DNA of 63,783 bases, filler included, from Octopus bimaculoides (lineage: Eukaryota): assembly GCF_001194135.2 (NCBI RefSeq). It is 5 parts of 5 records of this genome, joined end to end, with 100 filler letters (N's around TTAATTAATTAA, not from the genome) between each part and the next. Parts side by side here need not be neighbours in the genome. Positions count along the whole stretch, not along the records: positions 1 to 29,623 come from NC_068983.1; positions 29,724 to 40,993 come from NC_068997.1; 3 more parts are not named here. The stretch is one strand, 5' to 3'. Made by a program: the position numbers and the translations under genes. The notes beneath the pieces are model-generated. The model was not told the origin of the DNA. It did not search any database and was given only the letters and a program-made list of their open reading frames with translations. Shown here one piece after another: positions 23,721 through 34,926 of this stretch (its first letter is position 1; every line of letters begins with the position of its first letter).

Positions 23721-24579
23721 GGTCGTCCCATAAATAATGTGGCTTTTTTATACTTCTTTTATTTTTCAAAATTAAAACAAAGTTCTTTTTTAATCTAAAA
23801 TATACTCTCCTTCATTATCTACAATGCTCTTTCATTTAGCTGGTAGACTTGCATGGCCCCTTTTCCAAAATCCACTTGTACGTAATGAAAAATACTCCTC
23901 CAGTACTGTTCTGACTTCGTCTAAAGAATTCATATTTTTCTGTCTTAATGATTTTGAACACTGGAATAAATGATAATTAGATTGGGCATTGTCCAACGGC
24001 TATGATGTTCTCCAGCCTTTGGAATGTCATCCTCACAATATGTGGCTGAGCATTATCCTGACGGAAGAACACCTTTCGTCTTGAAACCATTTAACCAGTC
24101 ATTCTAGCGTGATTGGTTGAATGACCAAATTCAAGCTTTACTACTACTTCCGCAACATTTGCATAGGATTTTGTTCCTCCAGGGTTTGCAGGATGTCCTT
24201 GTTGAGCTCTACAGATCTTCCAGGACTAGGTTCATCTTCTAGGTTGTAGTTACCGGCTTAGAATTTCTGGAACTACTGTTGACACTGGCTTATGTTTATT
24301 GTCCAATCCCCATATACTGCATTAATATTCCTCACACTTTCCATTGTGTAGCTACCTTTATTGAACTCATAAAGCAAAATATGCCGAATATGCTCCTTTG
24401 TCACTTCAATTATAACTTTGGAAAAATAACTGTTAAAAACGAACTGCACTCTTCAAAACTTGCTCTAAGAATAAGGACAAGGTAAAATTATATCAAGCTG
24501 ATGCAGGTAGTTTAATCTGTCCCCCTCTGGCTTTTATTTGATACAATTGAAAAAGAGCATTATTTATGGGATGACCCAA
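23718..24579 (-). mobile_element. Internally deleted mariner element with both TIRs
   Basis: TIRs ttgggtcgtcccataaataatg (23718) and cattatttatgggatgacccaa (ends 24579). Minus-strand remnants: EHIRHILLYEFNKG..NLEDEP.PGRSVEL, VFFRQDNAQPH, and FWKRG..SLPAK*KSIVDNEGEYILD*. Flanked by TA-rich arrays. Confidence 0.85.
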
Positions 24580-24587
24580 TGTATGTA

Positions 24588-24649
<62 letters not shown>

Positions 24650-24659
24650 NNNNNNNNNN

Positions 24660-25113
24660 TGACTGGCACCTGTGCCAGTGGAGCGCTGAGAGCACTGTCT
24701 GATCGTGATCATTACCAGAGGAGCTGTCTGGCTTCCGTGCCAGTGGCATGTAAATAGCCCCATTTGAGCGTGATCGTTACCAGCGTTGCCTTACTGGCTG
24801 GCACGTGAAAAAACATTTGAGTGAGGTCCTTGCCAGAGCCGCTTGACTGGCTCTTGTGCAGGTGGCACATAGAAAACACCATTTTGAGTGTGACCGTTGC
24901 GAGTACTGCCTGACTGGCCCTTGTGCCGGTGGCATGTAAAAGCACCCACTACACTCTTGGAGTGGTTGGTGTTAGGAAGGGCATCCAGCTGTAGAAACTC
25001 TGCAAGATCAGATTGGAGCCTGGTGCAGCCATCTGGTTCGCCAGTCCTCAGTCAAATCGTCCAACCTATGCTAGCATGGAAAGCGGACGTTAAACGATTA
25101 TGATGATGATGAT
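24660..25113 (+). mobile_element. RTE LINE 3' UTR copy with multiple hairpin units
   Basis: Repeated units, then the family terminus and (GAT)n. Confidence 0.88.
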
Positions 25114-25157
25114 ATATAAATAAAAATATGTCTATGTATGCATGTATATATATACAT

Positions 25158-25201
<44 letters not shown>

Positions 25202-26196
25202 GTATATACATATATATACGTATTTAGATATGTATTTAGATATGAGTAGATATATCTATAATATATAAGATGGAAGATGTGTGTGTGTGTGTGTATGTGA
25301 CAGGCCATTTACTTGATCCCACTTAAAATCAATATTTCTCATCCGATTTCGTTCACGCTTGGCACATATATGTTTCACAGATGGTTCTACACTGTTTAGA
25401 TTTTTCACTTATGTAATAATATGGATTAAGGGGGCTTCTAGAGTCAGAAAGGTTCAGTAAAAGCCCCGTTTTTGTTGTCTGGTGACTATTGCGGATAAGG
25501 AAGGTAACTCTTTGAAAAGTAACATTCAGAAAATGATCGTCTCCCTTACATTTGTATCCCTCACTACAATATTTTGGTTGGCAATTGGTGGGTTGTGCCC
25601 CACAACAAGATGCTCTGGAAAACATTTCATGCACACATCAATCTAGAGTTCTGTAATTCTATCAAATCCATACATTACATATGCAAATACATTACCAAAG
25701 GATCGGACAGGGCTGTTTTTCTGATAAAGTCCACATGATCAACAGATTTAAAAAATGATGAAGCGACTCTTTTCAAAACTGCATGCTACATATCCACCAT
25801 TGGAGCCATATGGAGAACCTTAGCCTTCCCAATTCACAAATGCTACCCTCCTATGATTCATTTTATTGTTATCCTTTGAAAAGAAACCTTTTTGATAACT
25901 ATAATTAGCTGATAACATTAAGGAAATATAAAGGTTTGCACCTACTAGTTTTGATAGCAATCATTAAATAACATTATCTCATAGTTATTAGCATCTTTCA
26001 ATGCATTACATCAATTTATATAAATGTTTGGTATTTATTTGAATTATATGTTCAAGCATTTTATTGTGAATGCTTATTTCTTAAGTGTAAAATTTAAACC
26101 AAAACTGTTGAACTTAAGAGAACAATATAAAAGCCTAAAACAAAGTTAGAACCTCTGAGCTTTCAGTTAACAGACCTATAGTTTATTCATATAATT

Positions 26197-26416
26197 CAGT
26201 GATTCTCAACTGGGGTCCACATGACCTTAATGGGGGCAGTAGTGGTGGTCCACATAAGATTTTGTTGTTAAAATTTATGTGCAATAAATTTAAGCTATTT
26301 TAACAATTTTTTAAAGCAATTTCTAATAATATTTAATTATAAAAATATAATAGGATTCTTTTAATCATTGAATGGCTGTTAGGGTCCATCTCAGTAGGCA
26401 AAAATGGTTTAACTGA
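26197..26416. mobile_element. Probable hAT-type MITE remnant
   Basis: Starts cagtgattctcaac (resembles the Charlie-like TIR CAGTGGTTCTCAAC); internal repeated gg(g)gtcca; degenerate right end aaaatggtttaactg. No TSD confirmed. Confidence 0.4.
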
Positions 26417-26599
26417 TTTAATTGATATGCTAGCTATCTTTTGTTTAAAAACAAAATTTAAAAAAAAAAAAAAGGAACTACTACCTTGGGTGTTATAAAT
26501 GAAATGAAGCATTCTGAATTCTAATTATGTTACAAATTTCAGGTCACTTAATTTCCATGGCAAACTCAAATCATATCTTTTTTTGTTTTCTTTTTATAG

Positions 26600-26659
26600 G
26601 AATGTCATGTTGATCGGGGTGACACTCAACGAGCTATTGCAGTTTATAGAGATATATCA
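26600..26659 (+). CDS. ARHGEF7: PIX-family RhoGEF, DH-domain exon 5 (last exon found)
   Basis: T-rich tract + tatag acceptor; ECHVDRGDTQRAIAVYRDIS (compare vertebrate DYHTDRQDIQKSMAAFKNLS); GTAAGT donor at 26660; 60 nt, phase 0 in and out. Confidence 0.9.
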
Positions 26660-26934
26660 GTAAGTTCTACTCTCTTTCTTAGACAAGACTGTCAGACTAT
26701 TTTATAACATTTCTTCAAAAATCTGTTCTTGTGATTTTATCATTACCATCTTTATACCTTTTGGTTGAATTGGTCTTTCCCAGCTCTGCATCTTTTCACA
26801 TGTTGTGGTCCTTTGTCATCTGTTTTGTGAGTTTCAGTATCCTGAGATTAGCTTTTGCTGCTTCTCATGTCTTTTTCTTCTAGGAGTTTCTTTCACCTGG
26901 ATCATTTGGTCACTTGGCATTTCTTTATCTCAAC

Positions 26935-27130
26935 TATCATCATTATTTAACATCTCTTTTTCCTTGCCAGAAAAAGGTGGGATGGTTTGACAAGAATATC
27001 TGCTTTTAGCAAGGATTCCACAGCTGAATGCAAAACATTTCCCAATGGCAACCATTTTACAGAGTGTACTGGATTGTGTTTTTGTGCCACCAACACTAGT
27101 GTGGTAACCAGCTACTTGCAAGACACGGTC
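26935..27130 (-). mobile_element. Old RTE 3' UTR copy
   Basis: catcattatttaacatc..tttttccttgcc..ggatggtttgaca..cagctgaatgc..cagagtgtactgg. Confidence 0.5.
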
Positions 27131-28479
27131 GCTTACAACCATACCAATGCAGTCTTTCCTCTTCATTTCCTTTCCTGGCTCATTTGTTCTCTGTTGTTCA
27201 TGCACATTAGCATTACACATTCAGTAGAGCATGTTCACTTCATGTTTTCCTGATGTAGCTAATCCTTGAGATATGGGGAAATAAGTTTATGTTGGCAAGA
27301 CTCTAGAGTTGAACCTGGTATGTCTCAAATTTGTGTGTCCTGTGTATAATGATTTTTAGAGTCCTTGTTTTGATTAGTTTTCCATTGAGTCATTGAAACA
27401 TTACTGAAGACTGTCTTGCTGTAGTGTTCATAAATAAAAGTCAGCTTACCTTGAAGTGTTTTGGCTCACTGTGGCCTCTTTGACCTTCTCAACTACTAAG
27501 CTATCAGTTTCTCTTCTGAAACATTAACGGTGAGAGAGATAATCATAAGCAACCATTAGAGATGAAGCTCTGTTGTAAACATGACTTGCTATCATCATCA
27601 TCCAGTGTTTTAAATCTGGGTTTTGTCCCCATTAATGAGGGTGGTCAGATCTACCTTTGGGTTGACTGGTGCCCATTCTCCTTTGCTATTACAAGACTTT
27701 TCTAGAACTGGATTTTCTATGGGGAGCATGCCCTTGCTTACCCCCAACCTCAGTTTCTAGACATGAGTGGTCCCAAGACCAAAGCCTCTATCACGATTTT
27801 TAAGAAATGTGGTGGAAAACTAGCTCAGGAAGGCAGGGACGCTACTCTCTGAGACCCCTTTTGAACCCCCCCCCTACTATGGGTTTCTCATTTCTTTGCA
27901 CTTCTTCCTTGTATATATAACAAGTAAAAAGGAGAAAATGCAGATAAGTATAATGTGTGTATTTAAGATTGTTTGCTTTTGATTTTATCACCATATTGTT
28001 TTTTTACCATCAACTTTTCCTCTTTACATGGATCACATGGTATTTGTTGACAGATTTTTTTACAGCCAAATGCCCTTACTGTTACCAAGATATATTGACT
28101 TGCTTTTTCAAAGCTAGTTAATATATCTTCCATAAAATATGTCTTCACAGAAAATTGGAAACACAAAGCTCAGCTTTGTCATAAACTGATACTCATTTAC
28201 AATGATTTTGATGTTAAGACAAGGTGACACATACATATGCTTATACACATACATATTTACTTATATCTGACAGTTTACTTTCGGTTTCTGTCTTCCAAAT
28301 CCACTCACAAGATGTCCATTGACTTAGAGTTACTTGTCCAAGACTGAACCTTAAACCATGTGATTTATGTTCAGAGAGTATTATAGTTAATGATATAACT
28401 TCCCTTTGCTATTTTATTGTATACCTCACATTTTATGACTGTGCCCCATAATATCTATGAAAGGAAGTTTAAAGACTGT

Positions 28480-28945
28480 GCAGGTGTGGCCATGTGATGT
28501 GTATGGATGAGGACAACTGCATAAAGAAGTGCTGGGCTCTAATTGTGGAGGGTACCTGTGGAAGGAGTAGACTCAGGAAGAGTGGTGAAAAAAGATGAAG
28601 TGGTGAAAAAAGATCTTTGGACGCTGAGCCTCACTGAAGAAATGACAAGGGACCGGGAGATGTGGTGATTTGCTGTATTTGGTAATATGTGTTAAGCTAA
28701 GTAAAATTGCGGTCTTCCACACATACAGGCTTGTCCTTTCAGGTGCTGGTCCCACATAAAAAGCACCCATGCTGGTGCTGCATGAATGCACATGTGCCAG
28801 CAGCATGTAACAAACACCCAGCACACTCTGTTAACTAAGGACATCCAGTTGTAGAAACCATGCCACAACAGACAGTGTCTGGACAGCTCCCAGCTGGTTC
28901 GCTCCATGTCAAATACTCCAACCCATGCCAGCTGGGAAAGCAGAT
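28480..28945 (+). mobile_element. Old RTE copy with degraded ORF C-terminus
   Basis: ggccatgtgatgtgtatggatgaggacaactgcataaagaagtgc (GHV..MDEDNCIKKC), followed by a diverged family terminus. Confidence 0.7.
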
Positions 28946-29229
28946 GTTATGCAATGATGATGTAATGTATATCATATTGATTACCTGAATTGATGTAATC
29001 CTTGAAAAAACAGCTGATAATCTATATTATAATGGAGAAAGCTGCTTATTAATTAGGTGTGTAACAGTTACTAAAAGTACTAAAAGAAAGCAATTGTTAA
29101 AGGCTTGACCGTGGGAAAATTTTTTTATAAATTCATGTTCCATAACAATTTCCTATAATTTCAATTTCTGAATTTATTGAATTTTTGAACTCCAATTTTT
29201 CACAAATTTAATTATTTGTTGCATTCACT

Positions 29230-29552
29230 GTGGCGGCCGTTGCCAGTACCGCCTGACTGGCTCCTGTAGGATTTTCGAGCGAGATCGTTGCCAGCGCCCC
29301 TGGACTGGCTTGTGCGGGTGGCACATAAAAGACACCATTTCGAGCGTGGCCGTTTTCGTGCGGGTGACACGTAAAAGCACCCACTACACTCTCTGAGTGG
29401 TTGGCGTTAGGAAGGGCATCCAGCTGTAGAAACTCTGCCAAATCAGACTGGAGCCTGGTGTTGCCATCCGGTTTCACCAGTCCTCAGTCAAATCGTCCAA
29501 CCCATGCTAGCATGGAAAGCGGACGTTAAACGATGATGATGATGATGATGAT
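29230..29552 (+). mobile_element. RTE LINE young 3' end
   Basis: The terminal ~250 bp is the near-exact reverse complement of 15132-15400 (both yield the same spurious ORF MKPDGNTRLQSDLAEF..). Confidence 0.92.
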
Positions 29553-29623
29553 TTACAAAGTCTCTCACTCTCTATTTCAATGTTTTCATTTCAAGTTTTA
29601 ATTCGCTATTTGGAAAACCCAGT

Positions 29624-29723
29624 NNNNNNNNNNNNNNNNNNNNNNNNNNNNNNNNNNNNNNNNNNNNTTAATTAATTAANNNNNNNNNNNNNNNNNNNNN
29701 NNNNNNNNNNNNNNNNNNNNNNN
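29624..29723. other. Artificial scaffold spacer: 44 N + TTAATTAATTAA + 44 N
   Basis: Exactly 100 bp; the 12-mer at 29668-29679 has stops in all six frames; the same structure recurs three more times. Confidence 0.95.
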
Positions 29724-29964
29724 ATAAAAGACACCATTTCGAGCGTGGCCGTTGCTAGTATCGCCTGACTGGCCTTCGTGCAGGTGACACATAAAAGCAC
29801 CTACTACACTCTCTGAGTGGTTGGCGTTAGGAAGGGCATCCAGCTGTAGAAACTCTGCCAAATTTAGATTGGAGCCTAGTGTTGCCATCCGGTTTCACCA
29901 GTCCTCAGTCAAGTCGTCCAATCCATGCTAGCATGGAAAGCGGACGTTAAACGATGATGATGAT
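29724..29964 (+). mobile_element. RTE LINE 3' end at the start of the second segment
   Basis: Family terminus with (GAT)n, directly after the spacer. Confidence 0.9.
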
Positions 29965-30631
29965 ATATATATATATACACATATCATTGTCATCATCATC
30001 ATCATCATCGTTATAACGTCTACTTTTTCATGCTGGCATAGATGGGACAGGTCATTGCAGTTCATGTGAGTTTCAATTTGAAACTACTGGAATAGGTGAG
30101 AGGAACAACTCTCACACTTAAATTTCATTTTTGATTTAGTTCATGCTGCTGGATGCCATTCCAATCACCACGCACTGTATATATATTATTACTGGCTAGG
30201 CTATATTTCGTTGTGGCACCGGCCCTAGGGAGGTCGTCATATCCTCAGCAGGACAAAGATCAATTAGCACAACAATTAGCCACTTACTTGACAACCCCTT
30301 TACAGAATGTGTTGAGTCTCATTTTATTAGTGCAACACATATAAGCATAAACACACACACACACTCTGAAATCTGTAAAAGGCATATGCATGGCTATGTA
30401 TCAAAAAAGCTTACCGATATTCTATACTTGCCATCGAAATTAATGCAAGAATATGATTTATTTTGAGAATTTATTTCAGGATGTACTGTGTATTAAATTA
30501 TATCGTGGTGGTCACATCTAGCTGTCTTTGATGTTAGTTTGCTAACACAGAGCAAACTAACACACAGTTCCAAGAGAGTTTTAGACTATTTCTATGTTGA
30601 ATATTAATGGGTAAAAATTATGTAGACATAT

Positions 30632-30842
30632 AAGGCAGAGAGATGGCGTAATCGTTAACAGACTGGGAAAAATGCTCAGCAATTTTTAATCTGTCTCTAG
30701 GATGTGAGTTCAAATTACACCCAAGTCAACTTTGCCCTTCAGTTTTGCTTAAATAAGTACCAGTTGAATACTTGTGTTGACGTAATTGACTTATTCTTTG
30801 CCCTGAAATTGCTGGCCTTACACCAAAGTTTGAAAGCAATAT
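30632..30842 (+). mobile_element. Meta-core SINE, subtype B tail, diverged
   Basis: aaggcagagagatggcgtaatcgttaac..gagttcaaatt..gtcaactttgccc..aaataagtaccag..gaaattgctggcctt. Confidence 0.72.
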
Positions 30843-32087
30843 TTTCGGTGTTGTTCAATATGAAACCAATAATTATGTAGAAATATCTTTCAAAAATTCC
30901 GGTTTTAAAATCTGGATGTCTTTATACTCCTCCACCCATTCCCATTTTCTCTTATTCTCAAGAGTTCCACCAACCAGAACAAGCAGCAACTCATGGCTTC
31001 CCTACAAATGACCTTTGTTCATTTCTGTCTTCTACTCAGCCTAAATCACTCAAAGCTTCATTAGACTCCATTTTCCATTAAAACGTAATATTTTTCTCTG
31101 GATCAGAACTTCTAGCAGAAGAAATTCCATTATTTATGAAAGTATTAAGATATATAGACATTATTTCTATGGCCCATACTTTATCTAATTACTTCCAAGA
31201 CAAAATGCTAAACTATAAACATACCAATTTAGACATTTATAATCATGGCTACATTTAGATTCAGCTGTCTCACATTGCGACAATACGTGTTATGTTCAGA
31301 TCATGCCAGCATGGTAAAAGTGTCCGTTACCAATGTTGCTGCTGCTGCTACTACTACTATAGCTGATGTTGTGGTTCACGATGTTGATGATGATGATGAT
31401 GTTGTGGTTGTGGTGGTGAAAGGGATTATTCTGTTCTTGATAGCAATCACGGTCATGATTATGATGGCTTTTCTGTCTGAGACTGAAAGAAATGAAGTAA
31501 TATTAGCTGGTATGGTGTGATTATTTCAAGCCAAGGTCAATTATATCTTTAATAGTCAGGGAAGACATTCTACAGCTTCTCTACATGTTTACTCTTTTAT
31601 TCTCTTGAGAAGTCACAATTCTTCCTGAAATTCTATCTTAGGAAACGGTCAGATGTTTATTCTGAGATTCCAGTAACAATAATTAAAAATACTTTTTTTT
31701 TATATATATATATTTTTTTTTTTTTCTTTTCATTGGTGTGAGGATGGTCAGATTGGGATTTTGCAATGTCTGTGGTGATAGTATCAGGAAACTTGTAGGT
31801 TAAGGAATTATGGCATTATTTGTTCTAATTAATTGGACGGAATTGCACTGCTTTGTGTACTTGAATCAACATTTATCAAAGATAAAACAAAAAAGACAAA
31901 GGAAACTCATTTGAAAGGAAGAACTTTTGTTATTTGTCAATTATCTTATTTTTATTTTATTTTTCATTTTGATCTTTTTTATTTCTTTTCGGTAAAGTAT
32001 TTTACAAACCAGTTGCATTATGGTAGAGTCATACCAGCTATTTAGAAAACACTTGAACTGTTATATTCACTCATTTTAGATAATTTT

Positions 32088-32485
32088 GCGAAGACCTGTT
32101 GGGGCAAGTGAAAGCAAAATCGTGATGGCACCTGTGCCCAGTGTCGCCTTCCTGGCACTTGTGCTGGTGACACTTGTAAAGACATTCGATCGAGATTGTT
32201 GCCAGTGCCACTGAACTGGCTCCTGTGCGGGTGGCATGTAAAATACACCATTTTGAGTGTGGCCATTGCCAGTACTGTCTGACTGGCCTTCGTGCCAGTG
32301 GCATGTAAAAGCACCCACTACACTCTCGGAGTGGTTGGTGTTAGGAAGGGCATCCAGCTGTAGAAATTCTGCCAAATCAGATTGGAGCCTGGTGTAGCCA
32401 TCTAGTTCACCAGTCCTCGGTCAAGTCGTCCAACCCATGCTAGCATGGAAAGCGGACGTTAAACGATGATGATGATGATGATGAT
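32088..32485 (+). mobile_element. RTE LINE 3' UTR copy
   Basis: Includes gaagacctgttggggcaag..gtgatggcacctgtgccc, shared with the 62637 copy, then hairpin units and (GAT)n. Confidence 0.9.
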
Positions 32486-34757
32486 CTGTCTTGTCAAAAA
32501 AGATACTCTTTAACTCTTTAACCACTTTCAGGCAAAGAGCTGCAGCCATTCTAAGGCAACTGACTAATTAATTAGTCTAATTAATATAATGAAATCTTCT
32601 TTGTATATGCTGTAAGTAATAAGTCTTTATGGAGAAAGAGAGAGAGGGAGAGGCCAACATAAAGATTTGACTATTATTGAGGGGAGGTGTAGGAGGTAAC
32701 AAAATAGAAGCACAACCTTCTCCTCTCATCCCTTACAACTCACTTCCTTTTCCTTAAATCTGATTTATTTATCCTTCAGTCACAACTGACAACAATGACA
32801 TCTCTCTTTGCTTTGACAAAGAATTCTAGAAACAATAATCTTCTCTTCTTCCTCAAGACATGTTCCTTTGAATTAATTTTTTGCCAACTCAGAGCTTCCA
32901 GTTCTTTCCTCAGGTTTTACCCTTTTGCTACAACAATAACTTACTGATCAATTTTTATTCTTTTTACTGTATTTTCTTAAAGTTGTAAATGGAATAAATA
33001 AAAGCTGAACATCTTCAAAAACCACAGAAAGATGATTTAAGTAACAAGTGATAACTTCTCACCTGGATAATCTGTTATTCGATTGTCAGAAATGGTTCCT
33101 AGCTATTTAACCTTAATCCTCAATAAATTCCAAGTCTGTGAGTGTCAATATGTTTTTGCTCTTGTGAAGAGTTTGAAAATTTGACATTTTAGATATAAAA
33201 GATTTAACTCAATTAATTCCAGACCAGACAATGTGTTATCAACAAACTCAAATCCATTTGATGGAATCATCATCTTACCGTTTTCCTCTTGCAATCTGAA
33301 TTTAATGTTTAGATAATCCTTGAGGATGATGTTTTCAAGTGAGTTTCAAAAATATTTACAATAATATTTCAGAAGGAATAATTACATTTCAAATATCCCC
33401 ATACTTTCTGAATATCCCCATATTTTCATGAATCTACAAGAATAATTTACGAAACTTCACAAAGATACATCTCTGATGGTGCAGAGCATTTTACTTTGGT
33501 TATTTGGAAGATAAGATCTTTAAATGATGTAAATTTAGAAATCTCCTTTGTGATAATATTTCACAAAGAAGAATCCACAACGACCAGTTGACAGCTTGGC
33601 TAATAACCAATGTTTTCCATTTTGGCAGCATTCCATTGGTCAGCTGATCAGTATTTAAAGCTGATTGACATCTTGCTTTAAAATATATGTTAGGTTCACT
33701 GATGATGCTGGTTAGGAAAGCACGTAGCTGTGATGAGATATTAGATAAGAACGGAAGATACTAAAATGAGAAATGATAGACGAGGTGATGAAAGCTCATT
33801 AAAGAATTTATAAGTTGTCAGTGAAGCAAGAACCAAATTTAGAACTGTTGATAGCAGCAAAAATAAAGATATTCTTGCAGATGGAATAAGAAACTATCAA
33901 CGATAGACTAAAACGATATTGAATAGAATAACAAACACTAACTAAAACCCTCTCTTTATTTCTTTCTTTCTTCTTCTTCTTCTTCTTCTTCTTCTCTCAC
34001 TCACATCATCAATCATTCTCAGTTTAATATTACAGTTCAAAGAAACTACTTCATCGTTCATTCATGATGGTACCTTGATGTCTTTAATTTCTCACGTATA
34101 TCAGGATTCTTAATTAAAAGCTAATTTTTATATCTCTCCTTTATTGAATTTTACGCAATCACAGATAAAAATTCAATAAAACAATTATTTACAGATTTCA
34201 AATATTTTGAAAAGTTACAGCTGATGACAAAATGCCAATAACCTGTTTCCCATCATGCCCCTGTGTTGCATTGGTGACAAACCAAAATGTAAGTCTTAAT
34301 AACCTGTCGCAAGACCTAGCAACAGATATATATTGTGGATTTATAGATTAGCTCATTTAACCTGTTCCTGGGTGGTAGACAGAAGACATCACCTAGTTCA
34401 ACCTGAATAGCTGATCCTCAGATGTCCTTAGGAGCGGTCACCCTGTTTTGGATATTTGGAGCAAGTTTTCACTTTAAGGACAACTTGCTGTGTTGATACT
34501 CTGATACCCACAGCACATCCCATGAATTGTAATGTGTTCGTTTCCCCGTCAATCATTCTCAAAGGCTAAAAGTCATCACTGTTACCCTTCCTCTCCTTAT
34601 GAAACCTTTATGTTTTCTATAATTGCTTCAAACTGACAGGTTTAAAACAATAGGAGTGTATATCCAGGGGGAGGGGGTGCAATGGGTGCTGTACCCCCAC
34701 CAATCAGGGTCAATTCACTACAAATATTAAAATAACTCAATAAAATATTCATGAAAC

Positions 34758-34789
<32 letters not shown>

Positions 34790-34792
<3 letters not shown>

Positions 34793-34926
34793 GGCATCCA
34801 GCTGTAGAAACTCTGCCAGATCAGATTGGTGCCTGGTGCAGCCTTCTGGTTCGCCAGTCCTCAGTCAAATCGTCCAACCCATGCCAGCATGGAAAGCGGA
34901 TGTTAGGCGATGATGATGATGATGAT
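34790..34926 (+). mobile_element. RTE LINE extreme 3' end inserted next to an (AAT)n tract
   Basis: gagggcatccagctgtagaaactctgcc..ggaaagcggatgttaggcgatgatgatgat. Confidence 0.85.

Noticed and set aside
33050-33720. Minus-strand coding remnant or a 17-nt microexon (ttcag|...|gtaaga near 33275-33295)
   Set aside because: Translations give no recognisable motif, and splice-like words are expected by chance in AT-rich DNA.
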